A DNA stretch of 64,000 bases from positions 20,150,001-20,214,000 of the forward strand of contig JBHGNT010000007.1 of NCBI GenBank assembly GCA_043228905.1, read 5' to 3'. The position numbers and the translations under genes are program-made. Within the stretch, counting starts at the first letter, position 1. The number at the start of each line of letters is the position of its first letter. This DNA is from Azolla caroliniana. Taxonomy: Eukaryota; Plantae; Polypodiophyta. The notes under the pieces were generated by a model. That model was not told the DNA's origin. It searched no databases and was given only the letters and a program-made list of their open reading frames with translations. Positions 34,501 through 47,816 of the stretch are shown in pieces.

Positions 34501-37102
34501 GTGTCGGATTCCGGCACGGATAGGAACGAGTCAGACTGACGCGAGTCCGACTCCGAGGGAACCGGTGACGGGTCTTTAAAGGTGAAGTCTGCGTCGACCG
34601 AGAAGGCCTCGACATCGGCTAATGTGAGATTACGCCGATCTACCCGCCAGAAGAATCCTGTTTTACGGTTCGGATACAACGAGTACATGGCCCATCATTA
34701 TGCGTACATGACCCGTGTAGCCGAAGTGCGTGAGCCGGAGAGCTACGCAGAAGTGGCTAAAGACGCGAATTGGCGTGCCGCGATGGAGGAAGAGATGCAC
34801 GCATTGGCGGAGAACGAGACCTGGGACCTGGTTAACGCACCAAGAGGGGTAAAACCAATCGGGTGTAGGTGGGTGTACAAGGTCAAGTACAACACTGATG
34901 GCTCCGTCAACCGGTACAAGGCTCGGCTAGTGGCAAAGGGCTACCCGCAGAAACACGACATCGACTACGACGAGTAGTTTGCGCCGGTTGCGAAAATGAC
35001 AACCGTCCGTGTTTTGCTCGCAGTAGCTGCGGAGAAGGGGTGGCATTTACATCAGATGGATGCAAAGAATGCAATCCTGCAAGGTGACCTTGAGGAATAG
35101 GTGTACATGGTACAGCCCCCCGGATTTCACTCCGGAACGAACTCCTCGGCAGTATGCCGACTGAAGAAGTCCCTTTACGGACTGAAGCAAGCCCCGCGTG
35201 CCTGGAACGCGAAGATCACGCAACAACTGCGTCGGATGGGCTTCGTCACGTCAAAATTGGACTCTTCTCTGTTCATCCGGAAAGGTCGACTCGGACCGGT
35301 TAGTATTTTACTATATGTTGATGACTTGGTCATCACCGGCGCCGACCTAGGTGAAATCGACTGCGTGAAGCTCCAGCTTGCGGCATCGTTTGACATGAAG
35401 GATCTGGGGAACCTTCATTACTTCCTCGGGATCGAAGTGATCCGTACCCCCGAAGGCATATTGATCAGCCAACGTCATTACGTGCTGAGTATGCTCTTCA
35501 AATTCGGGATGGCCGACTGTAAGTCCGTCTCGACTCCTCTGGACAGAACCGTCAAGCTTCGTCCTGATACGGGAAAGGTATGCGACCTGACGAGGTTCCG
35601 ACAAATTGTCAGAAGCCTCATATACTTGACCATCACCTGACCCGACCTCGGTTATCTTGTCGGAGTGATGAGTCAGTTAATGGCGCGACCTACCGAGGAG
35701 CACCGCCAGTGTGCGCAACGCATACTTCGGTATGTCAACGGCACTAAGGACCGGGGACTGCTATATCGGACCGGTGCAACCATGCAGTTAGTCGGCTACA
35801 CCGATGTTGATTGGGTTGGCAACGCCGCCGATCGCCAATCCACGTCTAGATATGCGTTCTCCCTCGGGAGTGCCGCAATCGCGTGGAGCAGTAAGAAGCA
35901 GTTGACAGTTGTACTGTCGAGCACCGAAGTTGAGTACCGAGGAGCGGCTATCGCGACATGCGAAGCCATATGGTTGAAGCGGCTACTTAAGGACCTGCAA
36001 GGGGAGGTGTCAGATCCGACGACGATCTACTGTGACAACCTCAGCAGCATCCAGCTCGCGAAAAACCCTGTTTTCCACGCACGGACCAAGCACATTGAGG
36101 TGCACTACCATTTTGTCCGTGAGCGTGTCCTTTCCGGTGAAGCCTGCCGACATCTTCACTAAGCCTCTTGGTCTGGACAAGTTGCGGCAATTCTCTAGTG
36201 CGCTCGGTTTGTGCCACCTCGATGTGCCAAACTTGACGGGGAGACCAGTCCCGAACGACCAAGCAAGGCAGCAGGAAAGGAGCGGAGACCTTGACACCGA
36301 GTCGGTTGTCAAGTTTGACTTCGGATCGGCTGAAGAAGCCGAGGGCAGACCCGCGGAAAAGTCTGGAAGCGGACAGAAGGGGAGCAGCCGAAGGAGAGAG
36401 CCGAAGCCAACCACGCATGGGGAAGATGACGCCATCGAGGGCGAGAAGACCGAAGACAAGTTGGAGACAGCCAACTCGGACGAGAGCGAAAACCGATCGG
36501 AGGTAGCCGAGTCGGTTCGGATGTTTGATTCAGATACGCTGAATCTACCAAGGCCCAAGCGGAAGAAAAGGCAACAGGAGAAGCGTCAACGCCGCAACAT
36601 CAGAAGAGCTGATAAGGGCCACATGAGTAGACAAGCCGACTGAAAGGGTCGAAGCGCGCGAGCGAGGCGTGAAGCCAAGAGGAACCGGAGTTGTGAGCCC
36701 GAAGATCCCGAAGAGCCTCAAGTTGAGCTTGAGGGGGAGTGTTGAGAGACAAGCTCAACATCGGCCGGATCGGTGCGTAAACCGGGAGGACGTTAGGAAA
36801 GATATTCTGTGAGGAATATATTTGGGAGTTAGTGTAGGAGCTCTTAATGAGCATTGAAGTACTGTCAGTACTTCTGTCAGTCCTTCTAGGACTTGTATAA
36901 AAGTGTTCATTGAACACACATATGTATAGAATGGTGAATAGAGATTGAGTATTTTTTGTTGAATATAGTTCTTGTGTCTTCTCTCTCTCTCACTCTCTCC
37001 GTCTCTCCCGCGTATATTGCATAAGCTCAAGCTCTCCATCAAACCTAAGTTTTCTTCCTTCTATTCAGTCTTCATACTTGCTTCCGCACGTTACTTTTTA
37101 CA
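31538..37102 (+). mobile_element. Full-length Copia C1 (Bryco/Lyco-like) with both LTRs and TSD AGAAG
   Basis: 363-bp LTRs at 31538-31900 and 36740-37102 (about 11 substitutions by eye). PBS TGGTATCAGAGC (tRNA-iMet) 31901-31912. PPT TTGAGGGGGAG 36729-36739. TSD AGAAG at 31533-31537 and 37103-37107. Confidence 0.96.
31973..36739 (+). pseudogene. gag-pol: C1 gag-pol (gag, PR, INT, RT, RH + charged C-terminal extension), many stops
   Basis: KLDRTNYASW, CWYCGKKGH, WYVDSGASNHM, WHKRIGH, SDGGKEY, TPEQNGVAER, YKARLVAKG, LYVDD, HARTKHIEVHYHF. Confidence 0.93.
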
Positions 37103-37279
37103 AGAAGCTTAAGGAAATGTATTGGTGGCTTGGAATGTACAAGGACGTGCACCACTTCGTAACGTCATGCGAGAGTTGTCAAGTGCATTCCGGAATCCAG
37201 CACCGCGACGAGTTACACCCAAGCTACCCGCCAGCCATCCACATTAAATGGATGGTCGACCTGGTGACGATGCCGATGG
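37103..37279 (+). pseudogene. Continuation of A' integrase
   Basis: KLKEMYWW..CESCQ..WMVDL, homologous to A1 INT. Confidence 0.8.
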
Positions 37280-37496
37280 TCCTTCTTCTCACACCGACTC
37301 CTTGGTCCGAGACCCCTGTGGTCCAGCCCCATTTCAACATAAACGCGCGGATATCCGTGGACTCGGGGGCAGAGGTTGAAAGCGCGGATGAAGCCGAGGA
37401 GCCGAAAAAGGGCCGGATCAGTGATGGTTCGGGAGAGGACAAGGAAGAATGAGCCGGAATCCCCACCGTTTCGCTGCCTAGCACGTACCGAAGAAC

Positions 37497-38053
37497 ATCG
37501 GAGCCAGACGCGCATGAACGGGGGTGTACATGGATGCACACGAGACCGTTTCGATGTACCAATATGTGCAAATATTATAGTGCTAGTTGAAGTGTTGATA
37601 AGTACTAGGGAGTGTGATTCGATGGGTACTTTAATGTCCCACGAATAGAGAGGAATAAAAGAAGATATGATACAAGAGAATCGAGGAGAGGATCAAGGAC
37701 AAAATGCGGTTGTCGTCACAGCCTAATGTAACGGTCTCTCTCCCTCCTTGAGCTATAAAAGGAGGAGAGAAGGCTAAGCAGCGGATCCACCGTTTGGGAG
37801 AACGAAGTGCTGCCGGTTTGAGATCCGAGCTCTGTCATTCCCTCCATTTTCTGTTATGTTCTATTTTCGAGAAAAAGGTGGAGTCCTCTGCTTGCGCAAG
37901 AAGTCTGTGACCTCCCGACCAGAGGCCTATCGCTTTGCGTGTGTGCATGTGTAGAGCTCTAAGCTTTGCTGCTAGCGGCAACCGGTTGAACTCCCTCTGG
38001 ATTCTCTATTAGTCGTTAATTTATTGGGTCTGTGTGTGTGTGTTCTGCATCCC
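37497..38053 (+). repeat. A-related Gypsy LTR, left part (5' end damaged); split by C2
   Basis: Shares blocks with LTR 18609-19341 (TATAAA, GTGCTG.CGG..CCGAGCTCT, CCTCTGCTT). Start approximate. Confidence 0.6.
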
Positions 38054-38469
38054 TGTAAAGGATTACTTGCGGACGCGTTAGAAAACAGAGAAAGTAGGGA
38101 ATACATAGAGTACACGGGAGAGACAAAGAGAGAGCAGAAGATAAAAACTATATTCAAAAACGATATAATCACTTTGTACATACAACTATGCTCAGTAGCA
38201 TTATTTATACAAGTCCTCATGGGACTTACAGAAGTACCACATACTTCAATGCTCACACGAGCATCTGACACTTACTACGAGACTATAATTGCCTAGTAGT
38301 CTACACTAATACTAGGCTTCCGGTTACTGATTGGATCCGGCTAACCGGCTCCCCAGTTCACCGGCTTTGATGCTTGCCGGCTCGGTTGCTCACAGCTTAC
38401 TGATCCGTCTCGCTTGCCAGCTCAGGCTTATTCAGCCGATCCGGCTCCAGTTGAGCTTCCTGCTCAACA

Positions 38470-41400
38470 CTCCCCCTCAAGCTCAACTTGAGGTTGGATC
38501 TTAGTGTCAGTCTCTGTGGCATCTGGTTCTTCCAACCGACTTCTCCTGACGTTGCTCCACCTTGCTCGCGCTCCTCTTCCGGTCCGGTTCTGTTTGCCGC
38601 GACCCCTCTTATTCTGCGCGTCTCGACCTTCTCGGTCAGTATGTCTGCTCAATAGGCCCCTCTCAGCTCCTTCGTTGCTATGACTCCGGCGTTTGCCGAT
38701 CCATCGGTTCCTCCATGATGGCATCGACTTTCGCTACATCCGTGTCTGCTTGGCCTGCAATTGATTCGGTTCATCCGGATCTGTCTGTTGGTCCGAATTG
38801 GCTGTCCCCAATTCGTTCCAGCTCTTGTCCGAATCGGTTGCTCCCGATTTGTCTTTTGGTTCCAAGCCCTTCACCACATCGGACCATGTTTGGGTCTTGG
38901 CCTTCTTCCTTCGGTCGGCTCTGTCCTTCTTGACTCTACCGCCTTCTGTTCTTCCCTCACTGGCGCAATCGGCAGTCTCTTTGCCTTTGCCCATTCCAGT
39001 GTCTTTGCCCGTTCTCCCCCTCAAGTGTGGCACGTCGAGATGCTGAACACCAAGCATTTCGGTGAAGTGTTACAACTTGTTCGAGTTGAGTGGTTTGGTG
39101 AAGATGTCTGCAACTTGCCGATCCATGTGAACATACCGAAGTTCAACCTCACCGCTCAGGACACGCTCACGCACGAAGTGATAGTGCACTTCTATGTGTT
39201 TTGTGCGAGCATGGAATACGGGGTTCTTGGCGAGTTGCATGCTGCTTATGTTGTCGCAGTAGACCAGAATCGGGGTCGATACCTCGATCCGTAAGTTTTG
39301 CAGCAGTCGCCGAAGCCAAATGGTTTCACAGGTGGCAATGGTAGCGCCCCGATACTCAACCTCAATGCTCGACAAAGCAACTGTTGGTTGCTTTTTGTTG
39401 CTCCACGCAACAGCCGCGCTACCTAAAGAAAACATGTAACTAGAGGTTGATCGGCGATCGGATGCATCGCCGGCCCAATCGGCATCCATGTAACCGACGA
39501 GCTCTTCGGTTATACCTCGCCGGTATAACAGTCTCCGGCCCTTGGTGCCGATGACATACCGCAATATCCGTTGCGTGCACTGAAGGTGCTCCATGGTCGG
39601 CTTCTGCATGAACTGACTAATCATTCCAACCGGATAGCTGATGTCGGGTCGGGTGATAGTCAAGTAAATAAGGCTTCCGACAATTTGTCGGAACCGTTGC
39701 TCGTTGTAGGCCGGTCCGAAGTTGGGACGAAGCTTCTGGTTCTTGTCCAAGGGTGTGGATACAAGTCGGCATTCTGTCATGCCAAACTTGTACAACATAT
39801 TCAAGACATAATGTCGTTGTGAGAGCAATATGCCGTCTGAGGTTCGGATCACCTCGATCCCTAGAAAATAATGAAGGTCCCCCAAATCCTTCATCTCAAA
39901 TGCATCCGACAACTGGGACTTGACGCGGTTGATTTCTAGAACACCCGGTCAAGTGATGACTAGATCATCAACATACAACAGTATACATACCGGACCAGCT
40001 GGGCCTTGCCGGATGAACAATGAAGAGTCCGATTTGGAGGCCACAAACCCCATCTTACGCAACCGGTGCGTGATCTTCGCATTCCAAGTTTGAGGGGCTT
40101 GCTTCAGGCCGTACAACGACTTCTTCAGCCGGCATACCGCCGACTTGTTCATCTCCGATTAAAAACCGGGAGGCTGAGTCATAAAGACTTCTTCTTCAAG
40201 ATCACCTTGAAGAAATGCATTCTTCACATCCATCTGATGAAGATGCCACCCCCTTGCTGCAGCAACCGCCAGCACCACACGAACCACAGGAGGGAAGGTC
40301 TCATCGTAGTCGATTCCGTGGGTCTACGCATATCCCTTCGCCACTAACCGGGCCTTGTACCGGTTAATTGAACTGTCGGCGTTGTACTTTACTTTGTATA
40401 TCCATTTGCATCCGATCGATTTACAGTGACGAGGAGGGTCAACCAGGTCCCATGTCTTGTTGACATCAAGTGCCCGCATTTCTTCCTCCATAGCGGCACG
40501 CCAATTTGCATCCTTGGCCGTTTCTGCGTAGCTCTCCGGCTTACACACCTCAGCCACCTTAGTCATGTACGCATAGTGATGCGCCATATACTCATTGTAC
40601 CCGTACCGCTTGACGGGATCCTTCTAGTGGGTGGACCGGCGTAACTCACCGTTACCCGGTTTGAGGCCCTTCTTGGCCGGTTCGATCTTCGTTGCCGAAG
40701 ATCCGCCTTTCTCCTTGCCGGAGTTGGATGCACACCGATCTGACTCATCGTTGCCGGTTTCAAATTTCGGCATCTTCTTCTTCCCCTTCTCTTTGCGCGT
40801 GAACCGTCTCCTCGGTTCCTTGCGCGGGGAGTGCACGGCAGAGTCTCCACTACTCGTCGGTTCCTCATCGGACTGGTCAGATTGACTCAGTCTCTCGTTC
40901 GGCCCACTCAACCGGAACGATTCCAGACTCTCATCCTGAGTCCACGCTTCATCATCCTCTACCTGGGCCAATTCAGGCTCACTAGCCTCATCCTCCGGCA
41001 TCGAGTTAGATTCAGCAGTTCGAGTACCACGATGCTGATTCATCAAACTCGACATCTCGACTAACTCGGACTTGCCTTGACTGGGGGTTATAACACTTAT
41101 AACCCTTTTGCTCTTGAGCATAGCCGACTAGGATGCATTTTTCCAATTTTGCATCTGGCTTCCTCCGCTTCTCATCCGGTACATGCACATATGCAATGCT
41201 ACCGAAGATCTTAAGTGTCTTAAATTCGGTTCTGCCCGAAATACAACTCGTGAGCTGACACCTTGTCACCGATCCGGTTCTAGATGTAGACAGCCGTTTG
41301 GACTGCCTCCGCCCAGTAGAATTTGGGCATGCTCTTCTCCTCCAACATTGCCCTTGCCGCATCGATAAGCGATCGGTTCTTCCTCTCGGCAACACCATTC

Positions 41401-42392
41401 TGTTGCGGTGTGTATCTACAACTGAACTCTCACCGAATTCCCGTTTGCTGCAAATAACTGTTGAATTGGCCGGAAAAGTATTATTTCCCGCCATCCGACC
41501 GCAAGCATTTTATCTTCCTCTCCGATTCCCGTTCCACCATGCTTTGGAGACTCCGGAAACACTCGAAGACTTCACTCTTCCACTCGATGAGGTAGATCCA
41601 TGTGTGTCGTGTATAGTCGTCGATGAAGGAGACGAAATATCGACTCCCGCCAAGACTAACATTCTGTGTCGGTCCCCACACATCCGAATGGATTAGGTCG
41701 AGCTAGTTACGGCTCCGGTTACGTTCGTTAGGGGATGGAAGCCGATATTGCTTCCTGAGTTGGCAGGCTTCACATACTTGGGCCTTCCGGCTGTTGAACT
41801 TCGGCAAACCGAAAACAACTTGTTTCGTTTACAGGTCTTGAAGCCTTCGGTAATTGACGTGGCCTATCCGCTTGTGCCACAGGTCGATGTCCGATTCGAC
41901 CTTCTGTCCTTTTGCAAATAGAGCGGTGCCGATGTAATTGGTGTCAAGGATAAACATCCTCCCGTCTCTGCGCCCTTGCGCAATAATCTGGCCCTCTTCC
42001 TCGATGAAGCACCCAAGGTGCGTAAACCGCACCTGCATCCCCTGGTCGACGATCTGTCTGACCGACACCAAGCTCTTCGTGATTGTCGGAACGTGTAATA
42101 CGTTCGTCAGCTTCCCCTTCTGTCCAACATGGCTCAAAGGGACTTCTCCGACGTGCATGATTGGGTGAGGAGTGTCGTCTCCAGTTTCGACTACTCCTGG
42201 TTGATCCAGTTTTTCCAAAAAGGAGAACCACTCTTTGTGGCTCGTCATGTGGTTCGACACACCGGAGTCAACATACCACACTTCCTCCGATTTGGAAGTG
42301 GTCTTCTTCATCGAGTTCGCCTCATGCTCCATCACCAAGGCTGGCCCGTTACCGTTCTTGGATCCTCCCGATCCCTTTGTGTAGTGCAAGCT
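38470..42392 (-). pseudogene. pol: C2 pol (PR, INT, RT, RH, extension)
   Basis: WYVDSGVSNHM, WHKRIGH, YKARLVAKG, LYVDD, HARTKHIEVHYHF. Confidence 0.92.
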
Positions 42393-45300
42393 TGACAGGA
42401 ACACACACTCCGATGAACAACGCTCGGCCACAACCGAGCTTAGAATCAAAACACAGAAAATGGGGAATGAATACACAACACACAGGAGAGAAGAGTATAT
42501 AGGATGTTTAACGTAGAAAACCCTGAGAGGGAAAAACCACGGGAGTCCTCAGACTTCAAACTATCACTATATCACAATGATTACAACAGTGAGCTCACGG
42601 AGGCAACGACCTTGTGCTCACGATCTTCGCCACAGGCGGCAGTTACAATAGAGGCAACGACCTCTTCCTCTCTCTCTCTCTCTCTCTGTATACTGTTACG
42701 CGCTCTCTAGTTTTGTGCCAACAAGAATGACAACAACACTAATATGACTTTTCGGCTATTTACAAATATAGCCCCGATGGACTCTCAGAAACATATTTTC
42801 GAATATGTCCCTTCATCCGATGAGCACTTCTCACCGGGCCTGCATCATCCGGTTCTTACCGGGCACTTGTCATCCGGTTCTCACCGGGTCTTCCGTAGTC
42901 GGGTACTCTTCATCTAGTTCTCACCGGTTCTTCACCATCCGGCTCTTGCCGGGCACTTCTCATCCGGTTCTCACCGGGTCTTCACCATCTGGCTCTTGCC
43001 GGGTACTACTCATCCGGTTCTCACCGGCTCTTCCGTTGCCGGGTACTCCACATCCGGTTTGCTCATCAGTACTGTTCTTCTCACTTCCCATCCGGAGGGA
43101 CCTGTTTCCTAACAAACTCCCCCTTCACTACGGCATGGGATGTCTTACTAGTCCGATCTTCTTCCGACATGCATCCAGCTTGTCGGGTATCAGTACTTTG
43201 GTCAGCATATCTGACCCATTCTCGGCCGTGTGGATCTTCGTCAGCGCGAACTCCTAGTCATCTACTCTTTCCGGGATCCAGTGATACCTTCGCTGGATAT
43301 GATTCGTCCGGGAATGGTAGGCTGCATTCTTAGCAAGGTGGATGGCACTTTGACTGTCGCAATAGAACCGGTATTCATCTTGCCGGATACCGAGCTCTCC
43401 AATGAAGTCCTTCATCCATAGTATTTCCTTGTTGGCTTCCACAACCTTCATGTACTCCGCTTCCGTGGTTAACAACGCGACCATATTCTGCAGCCTCGAC
43501 TACCACGAAACAGCTCCCCTTGCATATGTCATTACATACCCGGATTTATATCGGTTGGTATCCACATCAACGAACATGTCCGAATCGGTAAAACCGTCAA
43601 GTTGACGTTTACCGGAGCCGAATCGGAGACACATATCTGAAGTGCCCTTCAAGTACCGGAGTATCCATTTGACCGCATTCCAGTGCTCCTTGCCGAGATT
43701 GCTCATAAACCGGCTCACCAGCGTATCCAATATCTGACCGAGTACACACCATTGCGTACATCAAGCTCCCGACGGCAGAGGCATATGGAACCTTCATCAT
43801 ATCAGCCTTCTTTGCTTTCTTCTTCAGGCTTTGCTTACCAGATAATCTGCAATTTGCCGGGAGTGTCAATCTGACCGGTTTCGCTTCTAACATGTTGAAC
43901 CGTTGAAGCACCTTTGTCACGTACTTCTCCAGTGATAGCCACAATTGCTTCGTTGGCTGGTTCCGGATGATATGCATCCCCAGCATCTGTTTTGCCGGAC
44001 CCAAGTCTTTCATTGAGAAAGTCCGGTTGAGAGCTTTCTTCAGCATCCGTGTTTTGGCTTGGTCCCGTCCGACGATCAACATGTCGTCCACGTACAGAAA
44101 GAGTATCAGGAAGTCGCCTCCTTCGAACTTCTTCACAAACACGCAGTGATCGTCCTGCGTCTTGTGGTACCCTTGATCTGTCATGAAGGAGTCAAACTTC
44201 CAATACCATTGTCGGGGAACCTCCTTCAGTCCGTACAGGCTCTTCTTCAACCAGCATACTAGGTGGTCCTTCCCTTTCTCCACCAATCCTTCTGGTTGCT
44301 GCATGTAGATCTCCTCTTCGGGGTCAACGTGAAGGAATGCCGTCCTCACGTCGACCTGCTCTACCTCGAGGTCCATGCTTGCCACTATACTCAGCACCGT
44401 CCGGATGGAGGTCATCTTTACTACTGGGGCAAATATCTCGTCGAAGTCCGCGCCCTTCTTCTGCTGGAACCCCTTCACCACAATCCTGGCTTTGTATCTC
44501 AAGGGGTTACCGGCATCTCCCGGTTTCAACTGGTACACCCACTTGTTTCGGAGTGCCCGCTTTCCTTTCGGCAACTTCACCAATTCATACATATGGTTCT
44601 CATACAGGGAATCCATCTCATCCTGCATGGCACTTGACCATTTGCAGCTGTGGGTGTCATCCTTCGCTTCTTCGAAGCTTTCCGGCTCTCCCTCATCGGT
44701 CAGCAGCACATGCTCTACATCCGGAAATATCCGGGGGGGCCTTCTCTCTCGGAGAGGATATCCCCGTCTTTGGGCTTCGGTAACCGGCTCCTCCATTTGC
44801 TCTTCATCTGAATCCGATTCGGGGTCTTGGTCGGTTCCGGTTTCAGCTTCCTCTACTTCTTCTTTTGACGGTTTGGTATCCTCACTGAAATTGCCTAGTT
44901 CCTCGAGTGCTAACCGGCCTCTTGCCGGTTGGGTCTACTCATCGTAGAATCGATCCTTACCGGTCGACTCGGAGTTCATTATCTTCTTCTCCGACTCCCT
45001 GTCGGCGAGCGTCTTGTCCTCCATGAAGATAATATCTAGACTCTGGAATACCTTCTTGTCGACCAAGTCCCACACTCGGTAGCCGAACTCATCATCGCCG
45101 TAACCGAGGAATATGCATGGTCGGGTCTTTGGATCCAACATTCCTCTCCGGTCCTTAGCTACATGCACGTACGCGAGACACCCGAATACCTTCAGATGCT
45201 GGTAGACACTTCCTTACCGGTCCAGACTCTCTATGGCGTGTCTCCATCCAAGGGTACTGAGGGTGATCTGTTTATCACATATGTCGCCGTCGACAATGCC

Positions 45301-47816
45301 TCAGCCCAAAACTTCTTGGGTAGCTTTGCATGCGCCAGCATACTCCGGACCCTCTCCATTATGGTCTGATTCATCCTCTCGGCCAGCCCGTTTAGTTCCG
45401 GCATCTTAAGCACGGTAAATTCGAGCCGGATTCCCTTCAAGCGACAGTACTCCTCGAACTGCCTCCGGTATTCACCTCCGTTATCTGCTCGAACCGCCTT
45501 CAACTTCTAGCCGATTTCTCTGTCCACTCTCGCGTGGACCTCTTTTAAGATGGATAACACCTGATCCTTCGTCTTCAACGATGTGGCCCACAGCTTCCGG
45601 TTGTGGTCATCTATGAACATCACGAAGTACTGCGATCCTGCATGTGACTTCGTGTCCACTTGACACACATCAGTACGCACCAACTCCAGTGGTGCATTAC
45701 GTCTCATCGGTGGCCTCGATCGGAAGGAGGTACGGTTTTACTTTCCGGCCAGACAATCAGTGCACTTCTCCAAGTGCACGTTCTTCACTGGAATGAGGTT
45801 GTCGTCTGCAAGCCTCTTCATCCCCTTCTCGCTCATGTGACACAGCCTCTTGTGCCACAGCTCACCGACAATGTCGGATGCCACATTCACTTCCTCCGGA
45901 CATAACCGGGCATTCATCAGGTACAATGTGTTTACCTTCCGGGCCCGAGCCACAAACACCGTTCCGGATGCTACCCGTGTAGCCGACCGACTAATATCAA
46001 GTTCAGACGAACCTCCGGAACGTGTCGGACATCCTTCAGCAGCATCTTGCATCCGGTTGGTGTTGTCAGCCACACGTCTCCTATGCCGACAATTTGGCAT
46101 GTACCTTCATTCCCCATCCAGACACAGCTGTGATCACCGGTTGAGTAGGATGAGAAGCATTTCCGGTCCGGGGTAAGGTAGAACGATGCTCCGGAGTCAA
46201 CCACCCAGGTCATCTCGTCACCGGAAAGATTTATCTCACTCTCCTCCGTGATGAGCATCAACTCTTCTTCATTTGTTGCGATTGTCGTCGTTCCCTTCCG
46301 GTCCGGTCCCCTCCGGTCTTTACCGTTCCGATCTTGTGCCCGCTTCGAATCGGTACCGTCGGTTTCCTTGTCTTTTCAGAAATGCTGACAATTCTTCTGG
46401 AAGTGTCCCGGCTTGCCGCAATAAAAGCAAGTAGGCCTCCCCCTTGACTTTGACTGCGTCCCTGACTTTTTCCGGTTCTGGGGACTACGGTTCCTTTGTC
46501 TTCCGCATTCCGATTCGGTAAGGAGCACTTTGGAGTCGGAGCTCGTATCCTTATCTTTCCGACGCGCCTCCTCATCTAGTAAGCTCGACTTCACTCTTGC
46601 TAGGGATAATCGTTTCCCTTCCGGCCCGGCGTTGCCCAAAGTGACAACCAATGTCTCCCAACTATTTGGGAGGGAACCGAGCAGGAGTAGCGCTAGTACC
46701 TCATCGGCGAGAGGTACTTCCAATGATGTTGCCTGGTGTATCAGCCCCTGGAAGGCATTCATGTGCTCCGCCATGCTGGAGCCATCTTGGTACCGGAGTC
46801 TTACTAGCTTCCGGAATACCGAAACCTGATTAACAGCATTTTTGTTTTGAAACATAATGCTGATCTTCTCCCAGAGCTCATGAGCCTTGCTCTCTTCATT
46901 GAAGTTGTTGTATAGGCTCATGTCGATGAAGCACCGTATGTACACCGTTGTCATCATGTGCATCACCTCCCATATTGTGGCGTCGATTTTGTCCGGTCTC
47001 TTGTCCACGAGCATGTCCCTCATCTTCGACTTCCACACCGAATATTTGGAGCCGGTGAGCTTGAACATCCCTCCCAATGAATCGTCCATTTTCTGTGTCG
47101 TTTCGCTCTGATACCAGTTTGACAGGAACACACGCTCCGATGAACAACGCTCGGCCACAACCGAGCTTAGAATCAAAACACAGAAAACGGGGAATGAATA
47201 CACGACACACAGGAGAGAAGAGTACACATGATGTTTAACGTGGAAAACCCTGAGAGGGAAAAACCACGGGAGTCCACAGGCTCCAAACTATCACTATATC
47301 ACAATGATTACAACAGTGAGCTCACAGAGGCAACGGCCTCGTGCTCACGATCTTCGCCACAGGTGGCGGTTACAACAGAGGCAATGACCTCTTCCTCTCT
47401 CTCTCTCTCTGTACACTGTTACATGCTCTCTAGTTTTGTGCCAACAAGAATGACAACAACACTTTAAGTTTGCCCTAAGTCATATTTATACTCATATGAC
47501 TTTTCGGCTATTTACAAATATAGCCCCGATGGACTCTCCGAAACATATATACGAATATGTCCCTTCATCCGGTGAGCACTTCTCACCGGGCCTGCATCAT
47601 CCGGCTCTTGTCGGGCACTTGTCATCTGGTTCTCACCGGGTCTTCTGTAGTTGGGTACTCTTCATCCGGTTCTCATCGGGTCTTCACCATCCAGCTCTTG
47701 CCGGGTACTACTCATCCGGTTCTCACCAGGTCTTCTGTTGCCGGGTACTCCACATCCGGTTTGCTCATCAGTATTGTTCTTCTCACTTCCCATCCGGAGG
47801 GACCTATTTCCTAACA
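42393..47816 (-). mobile_element. Full-length Copia D1 (Tork/Tnt1-like) nested in C2
   Basis: LTRs at 42393-43114 and 47120-47816, PBS iMet 47105-47116, PPT 43116-43125. Flanks AAGCT/GAGCA are a degenerate TSD; C2 sequence is continuous across the insertion. Confidence 0.93.
43128..47089 (-). pseudogene. gag-pol: D1 gag-pol with stops and small deletions
   Basis: CFYCGKPGH, WVVDSGAS, WHKRLCHMS, DNGGEY, LNGLAERMN, LYVDDML, PYASAVGSLMY, HSRTNHI. Confidence 0.92.

Noticed and set aside
37972-38296. ~90-100-aa ORFs repeated at 56992-57310 (similarly 31553 and 36755)
   Set aside because: They recur only because they lie in LTR pairs; no domain evidence
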